In this document: one piece after another, positions 17,069-26,475 of the stretch
How positions within the stretch are numbered: the stretch's first letter is position 1
Layout of the letters: each line of letters starts with the position of its first letter
NCBI GenBank assembly: GCA_036744835.1
Contig: DAIOHD010000001.1
Coordinates: 611,910-675,909 of the forward strand
DNA length: 64,000 bases
Source: Candidatus Magasanikiibacteriota bacterium
Lineage (GTDB): Bacteria > Patescibacteriota > Patescibacteriia > Magasanikbacterales > GWA2-37-8
Direction: 5' to 3'
Notes under the pieces: model-generated
Seen by the model: the letters and a program-made list of their open reading frames with translations, nothing else
Database searches by the model: none
What the model was told of the DNA's origin: nothing
Program-made: the position numbers and the translations under genes

Positions 17069-20000
17069 TTATAAACCAGGAATCGGTTGATATTGGAATC
17101 TAAAAACTTGTATAACGCAATTTCCACTTTGATTTGCTACAAAACCAACAGGACAAACATTCCATCTTAATTTACAATTAGTAGAACACCAAGAACAGGA
17201 TTGAAATCCTGGTGAAATTTGACATATACTGCCATTGTTAGTTGAATCATCGCATTCTTCACCTTCTTGGTCTTGGACAATACCATCTCCACAATCTGTT
17301 TCCACTGTTGGTGCCCCACCTCCAGATACTACTTCATTAGTACAAAATACAGTGCATCCTTTGCCCAATCCGTTGTCCTTGCCCAAATCACATTGTTCCG
17401 GTCCGTTAATTTTGTTATCACCACAATACCCGCCCGGACCTTTACAGTTCCAAGCGCAAGAATAACCGTTATAAAAAGAATAATCTTGACAAGATTGATC
17501 CTCTATCAATGGTGAAATCACATTATCTAATTCTGAATTATTATCTATATATATAAAATCAGTATTTGCTGCTGTCGCCCACGCATGAAAACTAGGCTTA
17601 TCTTCACCAACACCTAATATATATACTTTTATGCCTTTTAATTTTAAATTGGAAACTGTGTTGGTAACATTAATATCCGTGCCAGTATCACCATCAGTAA
17701 ATAATAATAAATTTACAACACTGTTTGGATTTTTTTGCTGATAATCTTTTAAAACATTATTATAAACATAATTTAATGCTTCTCCTGTTGGAGTACCACT
17801 TTCTGGTTGTAATTCTGCGTTCAATGTTTGATATAATGTATTTTTATCAAAATTACTGTTATTAGTAACATTTATTAAAATATCACAATTGGGATTTTCC
17901 GTGAGAGAGGGATCAAGATAAGTTGTAAAACCAGCTGCACCAACCCTTGTTTTACCATACAATTTATTTAATATTTCTGGTAATTCATCTTTGATTTTTT
18001 TCATTCTTGTTACAGAACTTCCACCTCCGATAGAATAACTCATGCTTCCAGATTCATCAAATAGCATATAAAACAATGGCCTTCTTTCATCATCGTAAAC
18101 AACATCGACACCGTCAAAAATACATTTATTATTCTCCGTATCACAATATTCTCCTTCATCCAACACTCCGTTTCCACAAACTGGATCTGCTACCAATTGA
18201 CAACTTGCACCACAAAAACCCAAACGGCCATTATTTCCATCACCATCATCACATTGTTCTCCTAATTGCACTTGAACTTTTCCATCACCACATCTACCAA
18301 AAGTCGCACAGCTTAAATTACTTACAGTAGAAGTACTCATACAATCACTGGCGCATCTAACTCCGGAATAATTACCTGTCGGGTTGGTTGTACAAGGAGC
18401 TGGGTTACTACTTAAAATTTTATTTGGCGGATCACATTTTTCCTGCTTATTAACATTTACTATGCCATCTCCACAAATACCATCGTTACTGGAGATAACA
18501 CTTGACTCACAAAAAGGTCTAAAAATAAATTTTGCGTTATTTAGACCAAAAGCATTTTTTACATCTGTCCAAATATCTATATCAAGCAGATTGTCATTTT
18601 CTCTATTCATGCGTAGCACATAATCATTTGATACTTCAGATACATAACCATAAGCCATTGAGCCATTGGCACAGGCAAAACTGAACCTTCTATCTTCTGC
18701 ACTCCAACCGGTAATCGGATCATGAAGTTGGCAAACATTTTTATAAAGATTTACTTCATTTACACCTTCGGCCGGACGATACATATAAATCTTATCCATA
18801 AGACCCTTAAGTCCTTGACCAATAATAATATTATCAGCAGAAGTGGCTTCATTGGCTCTATCAGCTGGATTAACCAATGCATGAACACCAGTACTTACAT
18901 TTGGAGATCCTTTACGAACAAAAGAATTACCTACAGATTGGTTATCGACAAACAAAGCCATTCCTTGATCAGAAGCATAATATCTAGCAAGCACGTGGTG
19001 CCATTTATTCAAAGTAAGCGGGGTTTGGAAATCCAAAGCATAATACCAATCCGAACTACTGTTTGGAAATATTGCAAAACGAATTGTGCCGTTTCCTGCT
19101 TTGGCCAAACCACTATTGTCAAAATAAACCTTATTATATTCGATCATAAAACCGCCCAAAGAATGATTTTTTGTCGCATCGTCGGTCCAACCTCCTTGTT
19201 TTATCAAAACCGCGGGTGTTTGCTCTGTTGGTTTAAACCAAAAAGAAATATTAAAACTTCCATTTAAATAATTTGTGCTACTTGAAATTTCTAAATAAGT
19301 ATTATCTCTACCATCAAAGGAAAAGGAGGATCCACTTCCAATACCAGGACCAAAAGTAACATTTCCTCTAGGAGTAGTAGTAACTTTTCTAACAGAGGCA
19401 TCCAAAAAATTATTTTCTGCATCCCATTGGCCAATTTTTGTAGCATCTGTAAAATTAATATCACTACAATCATCATCTTTTACACAAGTTTTGCCGATTT
19501 CTTTTAAACAAGTCCCGGCAGAACCCAGCTTATTTACAGGATCAGAGGGTAAAGAAATACCAAGTTTACTACCAAATTCACTCCATGAATTTGGCCAAAT
19601 ACTAAAAGCTCTGTTAGCCAAAAAGGTATTGTTTACCATGATCGGATATTTATTATCATTTTTTGTCTTATATTCTTCTATAGCTGCTTTTATCATTCTC
19701 GCATCTTGTAATCTCTGATAATTTCTTTGTATTTTTTCTTTTTGATTTATACAAAGTGGTTTGAGAGGATCAACACAGTCTAAATCTGTATTACACAAAC
19801 TTCCTGAATCTGTATCTAACCAATAACCCGCACAAGATTTTCTACTATAAATGGGGTTAAAATTATAATTAAATTTCAAATTAGTTAATATTTGATCAAA
19901 GACATTTTTGGTTTCTGTTCTGGCGTAAGCACTCAAACTAAATGAATATATATTTGAATAAACACTTGTTGACACATTTAAGGCCGCAACATAAACATTG

Positions 20001-23000
20001 TTTCCGGTTGCATCTACAGCCGCTTCGTAACCGTCTATTTTCAAACTACTAAAAGTGGCATAGGGAAATTTATAATTTAACCACTCTTTTAACGAAAGGT
20101 ATGCGGTGTTGCTAGCTATTTTTATACCTATGGCATCAGCGTTTTTATCATTGGTCAAAAGATAATATTTCAAAATATCAGATTCATTTGTCGAAGTAAC
20201 CACGGGTTTCATATATGGCAAATCATCATTTTTACCTATTATTCCAGAATCAGCACAATAAAACGTACTAAAATTACTATAGAGATCCTGGATATTTTTT
20301 ACCCCATTAAAACCAGTTTCTGTAATTTCCGGATTATAACTAAAATCAAAATAATCAGTGTTGTTTGCACTATCATCAAACGGCCAAACTTTTGTATCGT
20401 CTTTTTTACTAACTTCAAAAGGCGGCCAGGGATTTTCACATAAAAACACGGTAACATGGCTTTTGCCAATTACTTTTTTATCTGTTGGGTCAGTAGTAGA
20501 AACAGTAACGAAAACATCACCATCACCATTTTGATTACGAGGAGCAACATTTGAAGTATTTACTGTTGATTGAGTATCGACAGTAAAGGCATTACTTTGG
20601 TCTTTGCTCCAAACATAACTCCAATTATATCCTAAAGTCGGTTGAATTTGTTGGTTATTTTCTATTGCTTTCACCAAAGCTACAAAATCCGTGGAAGTAT
20701 TAATTTTGGTAAATAATTCTTCAACTGGAATAACTTCAGCCGAACCTACTTTACAGACACTATTCTCCCCCCAAGTAGTAAAGGTAATAACTTCTTTTTC
20801 AATACTAACGCCTCTTTGGTCTTTTATTCCTTCACGTAAAACAATTTTATAAGTGGTCGTGTTTCCTTTGAGAGCATTTGTCAATTTAAATTTGAGTTCA
20901 AAAGGAAATTCTTCGTTTTGGGGATTGTAAAAAATATTTGGAATACCCATAACTTCACCGGTACACCATCTGGCCGTAACTTTTTCAATACCAAATATTT
21001 TCTGAAACAAATCAATTGCCACAGACCATATTTTTTTATACCAAGGCATGTTTTCTATATCAATATAAGACAGAATATCAGAAGTAATATCATTGGAAGT
21101 TGTGCAGAAAGAATCGTCTGAACCATATTCTCTGGCAATCAGAAAATTACCCTGCAAAGTTTTAACATCTATCGGGCTATCAAAAGAAATTTTGATTTCC
21201 GTATTTGGACAAACTCCTTCATCTTCGTTATCAGGATAAGTCGGAAAGCCTATTGTTGGTTTAGTATAACAACAAGAATTAGAACCGACTCCATAGCCAA
21301 CACCAGCTCTAGATTGACATTCGGCATCAGTTTTATAACCGCAAATCAAATTAAATTGTGCAAAGCCTGTTTTACTACTATCTCTGGCTTGACTGGTAAT
21401 GTTAGTTGTTTGTTTTACATCAGTAGAGCTATAACTTAAACCAACTGCTTCAGCTAAAACCCATGGAGAAGTAGAAGGACTAGAAACAAAATCATAAAAA
21501 TCCCCGACTTCACAATTATAATCTTCCTCCGTATCATAAATTTTATCTCCGCAAAAAGAAGGGGTTGTATTTTCCAATGAAGATCCTTTTTTTGTTCTGT
21601 TTAAATATAAACAATTATCATTACAAACTCCTTCGGCACAATTATCTTTATCTTCGTCTGGTTCTGAAATACCATTACCACACTGAGAAATAGAGTTAAT
21701 ACAGGCTGATTCAAATTGTTTTTTATAATCTTTATAAATTCCAGTATGAAATTGGGCATAATTATCCTTGCACCATTTAGAACTAAGAGATGTGCCGGTG
21801 TGCAAACATTCGGAAGAGCAATTTAAACTGGAAGACACTATTAACGGATTTGGCGGAGTATTTTTAATACCCAAATCACAATCTTCTTCCGAACCTACAT
21901 TGCCATCACCGCAATAAATACAGTTCTTTTCCTTGGTTATCGAATCAATTGTACAACTTCCTGTTTTTTTAGTTTTAGATAAACAATTTATCGTGCAATC
22001 ACTATTGAAAGGATTTTTTTCGACAGCAAATATATTCCAACAACCACCAAAACAAACCTCTGTTATTTTGCCTATTTCACAATCTTCTCCGGCTTCAACA
22101 ACCCCGTTACCGCACATTGGAACTTTATAATTATAAGTGCTGGAAGCTATTGTACTGCCCCTTTTTAAACATTTATCATCGCAAAAAGGATTAAATCCTT
22201 TTTTGGTAAATGTTTGTATAGCCGCTACATTTGCATTTCCTGTTGTCCAAAGCCAATTAAACAAATTTGAATTTAATTGTTGCCCTTTGGAACTACACTC
22301 ATCTGGAGCAGAAAACGCAAGTCCACCAAAAATAGTACGCTCTCCTATGTTATAAGCATTGTAAATACTAGGAACAACAGTCACTCTATCCACTTCACAA
22401 ATTTTATCTTTGGTGCCAAATATCCAGGTTTTGCTTTTAGAATACGGTTGTCCTCTAAGCGAAGAATTTGTTGAAGAAGCGATAGTAAATAACGTCCCGG
22501 AATTTACTCTTACCAAATAATAAGTATTAGTAACTAGACTAGCCCCTGTAATTCTAAACATCCTTTGTAAAGAGCTACCGGTAGTATCAACTAGATAATA
22601 TCCAATACTTGAAGTAGCTGTACAATTGGAATTTTCACATTTTTCCAAAGTTATTGCTTGTGACTCGATATTACTAGACATTTGTTTATCAAATTTGATA
22701 AAAATATCAGCATTAGGACAAGCAGTTAAACATTTAGGACCCCAATCTATTATTTCCGGGTTACTTAAGTCTATAGTCAATCTACTACTACCTATAATAC
22801 TCAAACTATTACCTCCTGTTGAAGTAGAAACTTCACTATAAATATACAGACTATCGGTTGGCGCTTGAAGTCCGACAGCAAAAGTGTTCTTTAAAGCACT
22901 TGCTACGGTAGTTGAAATAGCTGTATCAGAATCTTTACTGACTTCCGGAACATCCGCATAATCTCCTCTTTGCGAGGACCATTCAAAATTATAGCCATTT

Positions 23001-26000
23001 AAATTCATTGCTGTACATTTCTGGCTCGCCAAACCCATGGCATTATAATTTAAAATTGCAGTGGTATTTTCATCTAAATTTCTCGGATTTACTCTTTTTT
23101 TAATAGGATTCTCCAAAACTCCAGTCCAAAAAGTATTTGGGGTAACAGAAACTCCTTTGAGTATACATTGATTATTCCCCGTTTCAAAAACGAAACAATA
23201 AGCGGTGTTAGCAAGACCATTTGTGGTATCGTCGCAAGGCGATGTTTTTTTCAAATTTTGAAAACGCCCGTTTTCATCATCCGGTGTTTTAATACCGTTT
23301 TTCAAAATAACTTGGTAAAAAGAATTGGAATCCCAGTTATTTGTTCCAAGCAGTGAAAAAGTAATCAAAGATTGACTTTCTGCAAGTTCTCCGAGGGATG
23401 GGGTAGTGATGCTAACTGAATTTCCTATTTCTTTACAAAATTTTTCACCAAAAGCCGGCCCCTGACTACATTTGTACAATAAAACATTTCCCGCCAAAGA
23501 AGCTGCATTAATTTGAGTACTAAAACCTATAGTTACTAGAGAATTAAGACAAGTTTTTTCTCCCCATTTGATGTTTGGAGCTGGGGTTGGGGTTATACAT
23601 GGTGTGCCGTTTTCCAAACAATCTAAATTTTCATCACATTGTGTCAAAACCTCAGGAGCCCTGGGGAAATCGTCTGTGGTAAAACGCCACATATAACCGG
23701 TAGAACGAGTTTCTCCTAAACACAGTTCATCAACCGAACGACAAACACCTTTTTCTTTTCCTCCAGAACAACACTTTTCTCCACTGCCGCATGCTTGACC
23801 AGTCTTAGTACAATCTTTGACTTCAAAACTAAGCGGATTGCTAAATAAATTCGATGTACCTGCTATTCTATCCAAAACAACTTCTCCACTCATAGCATCT
23901 GGCGGAACAAAACAAGTCGCTTGTTGTCCCCCTCTAATAGAAGCCAGTGTTTCTATGGTTGTCGAAGCTCTATTTGTAAAATTATTAGCAACCGCACCGT
24001 TTTTCCAGAAATAAACTTTTAAATCCTCTTTATTATTACCAAAATTTTCACCATAAATACTCACACCAGAATTTATTGGCCCACTTTTAGGATCAATTTT
24101 ACAAATACCTGGTTTAGGAGTGGGATTGTTTAAATAAAAAGAAATTCCTTGTTGTAAAATACTTGATTGACCCTTACTGTTGAACACCACCACTACATAG
24201 TTTTCTCCAATTGTCGGAGATATTCCAACACTACCCGCATTTTGTGGAATTTTTACTATTATTTTTTTATCAGACCACACATCATTCAAACATTCATCCA
24301 TAAAATCAAAACTCCCTTCAAAATATTGATTATTATTAGCCAAAGTCGTGACCGGTTTTTCGTAAAATCTAACTTTACCTCTTTGAGAACCAAAGTTACT
24401 ACCAACAATAGTCACGTATTCCCCTTTTGCACCTTCATCCGGAGTAATATTATCTACTATCGGTGCGGTTTTATCAAAAGTATTAACTAATCTAACTCTT
24501 AAAGAATTGCTCATTTTACCCCCAGCCAAAACAGCGGTTGTAACCAGTCCGTCATCAACTCGTGGAGATTGAGTTTCTATACTATTCCAAACACCAGTTG
24601 AACCCCAGGTATTTATTGACATCAGCAACTTATCTTCTTCGGCATTTGATATATTTAAATAAACCTTATCAGCACCATTTGTATAAGTACCAAAATTTTT
24701 ACCTGTATAATTAATATTATTTTGAAAAGAAGAAAACTGACTAGGGTTTACCATGCATAATGAAGGTCGATTTGCTAAAGCACTGTCATATTTAAAACGC
24801 AATTTATTACTATAAATATCGGAAAGCGGATTAGAACTTTCACCTATAGTATTGGCTACAAAACCATTACCTGAAACCATAATGGAGGAACCTTCCTGGC
24901 CCGGATAAAAACCTTCTGGGACTTCCACCACTATTTGATTATTAAACCAATTTTTAGTATCTGTACCGCAAGTTACAATAGTTGAAGAAACCCATTGGTT
25001 TTGGTCGGTTAGTGAGTTTGGTGAAGCAACTTTACTAAACCAAACAGATCCCAGGGTTGTACCAAAATTTTCACCAAAAATAGCCATAAAATTTTTTGGA
25101 GCCCCTGAACTCGGATCTATCCCCAAAATACGCATCACTCTGGTACATCTTCCGTCTATACATAAACTACCTCCACCGCATTGATAATTATAAGTACAAA
25201 CACTACCTGGACAAGCCCCACAAATATTTGGATCTCCACAGGCGGGAGGGCCAACTTCTTCTTCACCTGGATCAAGAACGGTATTGAAACAGTGTTGAGG
25301 AAATAATCTTACATCTAAACTATCTGTTCCGAGTTGAGCGGCTTGATCTCGACCCTCGGCTACCAAAGTATATTGCTGTCCCTCTTTCAAGGATGCTGTT
25401 GGCCAAACAATTTTTGTAGAAACTTGTTTTTGACATCCATCAAAAGATTGACTACCAACAAGATTTCCAGCTACATACAGAGAAATATTTTGAACTGCTA
25501 TGTCATCACTGGCTTCAATAAAAATTTCCGGAGAATCTCCTTTGCCCACACTCCCAGGATCTTGCATAGTAATTTCCGGTGGATTTCTATCAACTCCGTC
25601 ACCAGTAATAAATGAAATATCAGCACATTTATCTTCGCTATTTTGTGTTGACTGACAAATTAATTTTTTACCGTTGACGCTTTCAATATTACGATCAGCA
25701 TTAGTAAAATCAATAGTATAAGCTGTATTTTTTTCAAAACAATCACTAGGGCCCCGATCTCCACAATCTCCAGTAGCTGAAAAAATTATCGCTTGCCCAC
25801 CACTCTCTGATGACCAAGTACCGGATACTAAATTTCCGTTTGAATCTAAAATTCTAATTCTAGCAGCTCTGTTTTCCAACTCATTTACAGTGTCTAAATT
25901 AACTGGATAATTAAAAGTAATGACAGGATGATAATTGGCTACACAGAGTTGACCACCAAGAGGTCTACTCCTAATGGTAAAGTAACTTCCTCCGCCATAA

Positions 26001-26431
26001 GGGTTAAAAATATCACCGCTTCCCCCGCTACCACCACCGCCACCTTCGTAACCAGTGGCATCACTTAAACTCTTTATAATAAAACTAGTAATAGCGTACG
26101 AACTCAAAATAATAACCAAACCGATAACACCGTTGAGTAAAATCTTTTTGGCAGTGACGATTCTATTTTCATCTCCTCCGGCCGTCATCCACATAAAACC
26201 ACCCCAAAGAACTATTACCAAAGCAACCATTCCCAAAAGTCCCAACGCGACACGAATGATATTGGCGATAGTTATACGTATGTCTTGAGAACCAAGTCCT
26301 GTTTGAGCGCCATATTCCAAACCCAGCGTTGAAGTAGTGATAGGTGTTTGGGCAAATACATAACTAAAAAACGAAAAAATACCCATTGAAAGCAAGGTGA
26401 AAAATAAAGATTTTAAAAATATTTTTTTCAT
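17069..26431 (-). CDS. Giant (3120 aa) secreted/surface protein: N-terminal VirB2/TrbC-pilin-like two-helix membrane domain, multiple IPT/TIG-like domains, LamG-like domain, vWA domain, Cys-rich CGDG/CDDG repeats
   Basis: Signal-like N-terminus, then 'LGMVALVIVLWGGFMWMTAGGDENRIVTAKKILLNGVIGLVIILSSY'. IPT-like 'GIDPSSGAPKNFMAIFGENFG', 'ITPDEGAKGEYVTIVGSNFG', 'IDPKSGPINSGVSIYGENFG'. LamG-like '...ISFWFKPTEQ...WHHVLARYY...'. vWA MIDAS 'LFDESGSMSYS...TRMKKIKDE...LLFTDGDTG'. C-terminal repeats 'CGDGKVQVQLGEQCDDGDGNNG', 'CGNGVLDEGEYCD', 'CGDGIVQDQEGEECDD'. Confidence 0.8.
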   Translation of the reverse strand: MKKIFLKSLFFTLLSMGIFSFFSYVFAQTPITTSTLGLEYGAQTGLGSQDIRITIANIIRVALGLLGMVALVIVLWGGFMWMTAGGDENRIVTAKKILLNGVIGLVIILSSYAITSFIIKSLSDATGYEGGGGGSGGSGDIFNPYGGGSYFTIRSRPLGGQLCVANYHPVITFNYPVNLDTVNELENRAARIRILDSNGNLVSGTWSSESGGQAIIFSATGDCGDRGPSDCFEKNTAYTIDFTNADRNIESVNGKKLICQSTQNSEDKCADISFITGDGVDRNPPEITMQDPGSVGKGDSPEIFIEASDDIAVQNISLYVAGNLVGSQSFDGCQKQVSTKIVWPTASLKEGQQYTLVAEGRDQAAQLGTDSLDVRLFPQHCFNTVLDPGEEEVGPPACGDPNICGACPGSVCTYNYQCGGGSLCIDGRCTRVMRILGIDPSSGAPKNFMAIFGENFGTTLGSVWFSKVASPNSLTDQNQWVSSTIVTCGTDTKNWFNNQIVVEVPEGFYPGQEGSSIMVSGNGFVANTIGESSNPLSDIYSNKLRFKYDSALANRPSLCMVNPSQFSSFQNNINYTGKNFGTYTNGADKVYLNISNAEEDKLLMSINTWGSTGVWNSIETQSPRVDDGLVTTAVLAGGKMSNSLRVRLVNTFDKTAPIVDNITPDEGAKGEYVTIVGSNFGSQRGKVRFYEKPVTTLANNNQYFEGSFDFMDECLNDVWSDKKIIVKIPQNAGSVGISPTIGENYVVVVFNSKGQSSILQQGISFYLNNPTPKPGICKIDPKSGPINSGVSIYGENFGNNKEDLKVYFWKNGAVANNFTNRASTTIETLASIRGGQQATCFVPPDAMSGEVVLDRIAGTSNLFSNPLSFEVKDCTKTGQACGSGEKCCSGGKEKGVCRSVDELCLGETRSTGYMWRFTTDDFPRAPEVLTQCDENLDCLENGTPCITPTPAPNIKWGEKTCLNSLVTIGFSTQINAASLAGNVLLYKCSQGPAFGEKFCKEIGNSVSITTPSLGELAESQSLITFSLLGTNNWDSNSFYQVILKNGIKTPDDENGRFQNLKKTSPCDDTTNGLANTAYCFVFETGNNQCILKGVSVTPNTFWTGVLENPIKKRVNPRNLDENTTAILNYNAMGLASQKCTAMNLNGYNFEWSSQRGDYADVPEVSKDSDTAISTTVASALKNTFAVGLQAPTDSLYIYSEVSTSTGGNSLSIIGSSRLTIDLSNPEIIDWGPKCLTACPNADIFIKFDKQMSSNIESQAITLEKCENSNCTATSSIGYYLVDTTGSSLQRMFRITGASLVTNTYYLVRVNSGTLFTIASSTNSSLRGQPYSKSKTWIFGTKDKICEVDRVTVVPSIYNAYNIGERTIFGGLAFSAPDECSSKGQQLNSNLFNWLWTTGNANVAAIQTFTKKGFNPFCDDKCLKRGSTIASSTYNYKVPMCGNGVVEAGEDCEIGKITEVCFGGCWNIFAVEKNPFNSDCTINCLSKTKKTGSCTIDSITKEKNCIYCGDGNVGSEEDCDLGIKNTPPNPLIVSSSLNCSSECLHTGTSLSSKWCKDNYAQFHTGIYKDYKKQFESACINSISQCGNGISEPDEDKDNCAEGVCNDNCLYLNRTKKGSSLENTTPSFCGDKIYDTEEDYNCEVGDFYDFVSSPSTSPWVLAEAVGLSYSSTDVKQTTNITSQARDSSKTGFAQFNLICGYKTDAECQSRAGVGYGVGSNSCCYTKPTIGFPTYPDNEDEGVCPNTEIKISFDSPIDVKTLQGNFLIAREYGSDDSFCTTSNDITSDILSYIDIENMPWYKKIWSVAIDLFQKIFGIEKVTARWCTGEVMGIPNIFYNPQNEEFPFELKFKLTNALKGNTTTYKIVLREGIKDQRGVSIEKEVITFTTWGENSVCKVGSAEVIPVEELFTKINTSTDFVALVKAIENNQQIQPTLGYNWSYVWSKDQSNAFTVDTQSTVNTSNVAPRNQNGDGDVFVTVSTTDPTDKKVIGKSHVTVFLCENPWPPFEVSKKDDTKVWPFDDSANNTDYFDFSYNPEITETGFNGVKNIQDLYSNFSTFYCADSGIIGKNDDLPYMKPVVTSTNESDILKYYLLTNDKNADAIGIKIASNTAYLSLKEWLNYKFPYATFSSLKIDGYEAAVDATGNNVYVAALNVSTSVYSNIYSFSLSAYARTETKNVFDQILTNLKFNYNFNPIYSRKSCAGYWLDTDSGSLCNTDLDCVDPLKPLCINQKEKIQRNYQRLQDARMIKAAIEEYKTKNDNKYPIMVNNTFLANRAFSIWPNSWSEFGSKLGISLPSDPVNKLGSAGTCLKEIGKTCVKDDDCSDINFTDATKIGQWDAENNFLDASVRKVTTTPRGNVTFGPGIGSGSSFSFDGRDNTYLEISSSTNYLNGSFNISFWFKPTEQTPAVLIKQGGWTDDATKNHSLGGFMIEYNKVYFDNSGLAKAGNGTIRFAIFPNSSSDWYYALDFQTPLTLNKWHHVLARYYASDQGMALFVDNQSVGNSFVRKGSPNVSTGVHALVNPADRANEATSADNIIIGQGLKGLMDKIYMYRPAEGVNEVNLYKNVCQLHDPITGWSAEDRRFSFACANGSMAYGYVSEVSNDYVLRMNRENDNLLDIDIWTDVKNAFGLNNAKFIFRPFCESSVISSNDGICGDGIVNVNKQEKCDPPNKILSSNPAPCTTNPTGNYSGVRCASDCMSTSTVSNLSCATFGRCGDGKVQVQLGEQCDDGDGNNGRLGFCGASCQLVADPVCGNGVLDEGEYCDTENNKCIFDGVDVVYDDERRPLFYMLFDESGSMSYSIGGGSSVTRMKKIKDELPEILNKLYGKTRVGAAGFTTYLDPSLTENPNCDILINVTNNSNFDKNTLYQTLNAELQPESGTPTGEALNYVYNNVLKDYQQKNPNSVVNLLLFTDGDTGTDINVTNTVSNLKLKGIKVYILGVGEDKPSFHAWATAANTDFIYIDNNSELDNVISPLIEDQSCQDYSFYNGYSCAWNCKGPGGYCGDNKINGPEQCDLGKDNGLGKGCTVFCTNEVVSGGGAPTVETDCGDGIVQDQEGEECDDSTNNGSICQISPGFQSCSWCSTNCKLRWNVCPVGFVANQSGNCVIQVFRFQYQPIPGL

Positions 26432-26475
26432 GGTGTATAGCCGAAATATTTAACTAAAAAATAAATTTATCAATT

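Noticed and set aside
17235-26288. Many 60-180-aa plus-strand ORFs inside the giant gene (e.g. 18722..19267, 24167..24490)
   Set aside because: They are antisense to a continuous 9.4-kb minus-strand CDS with clear domain content. No RBS or independent motif support.
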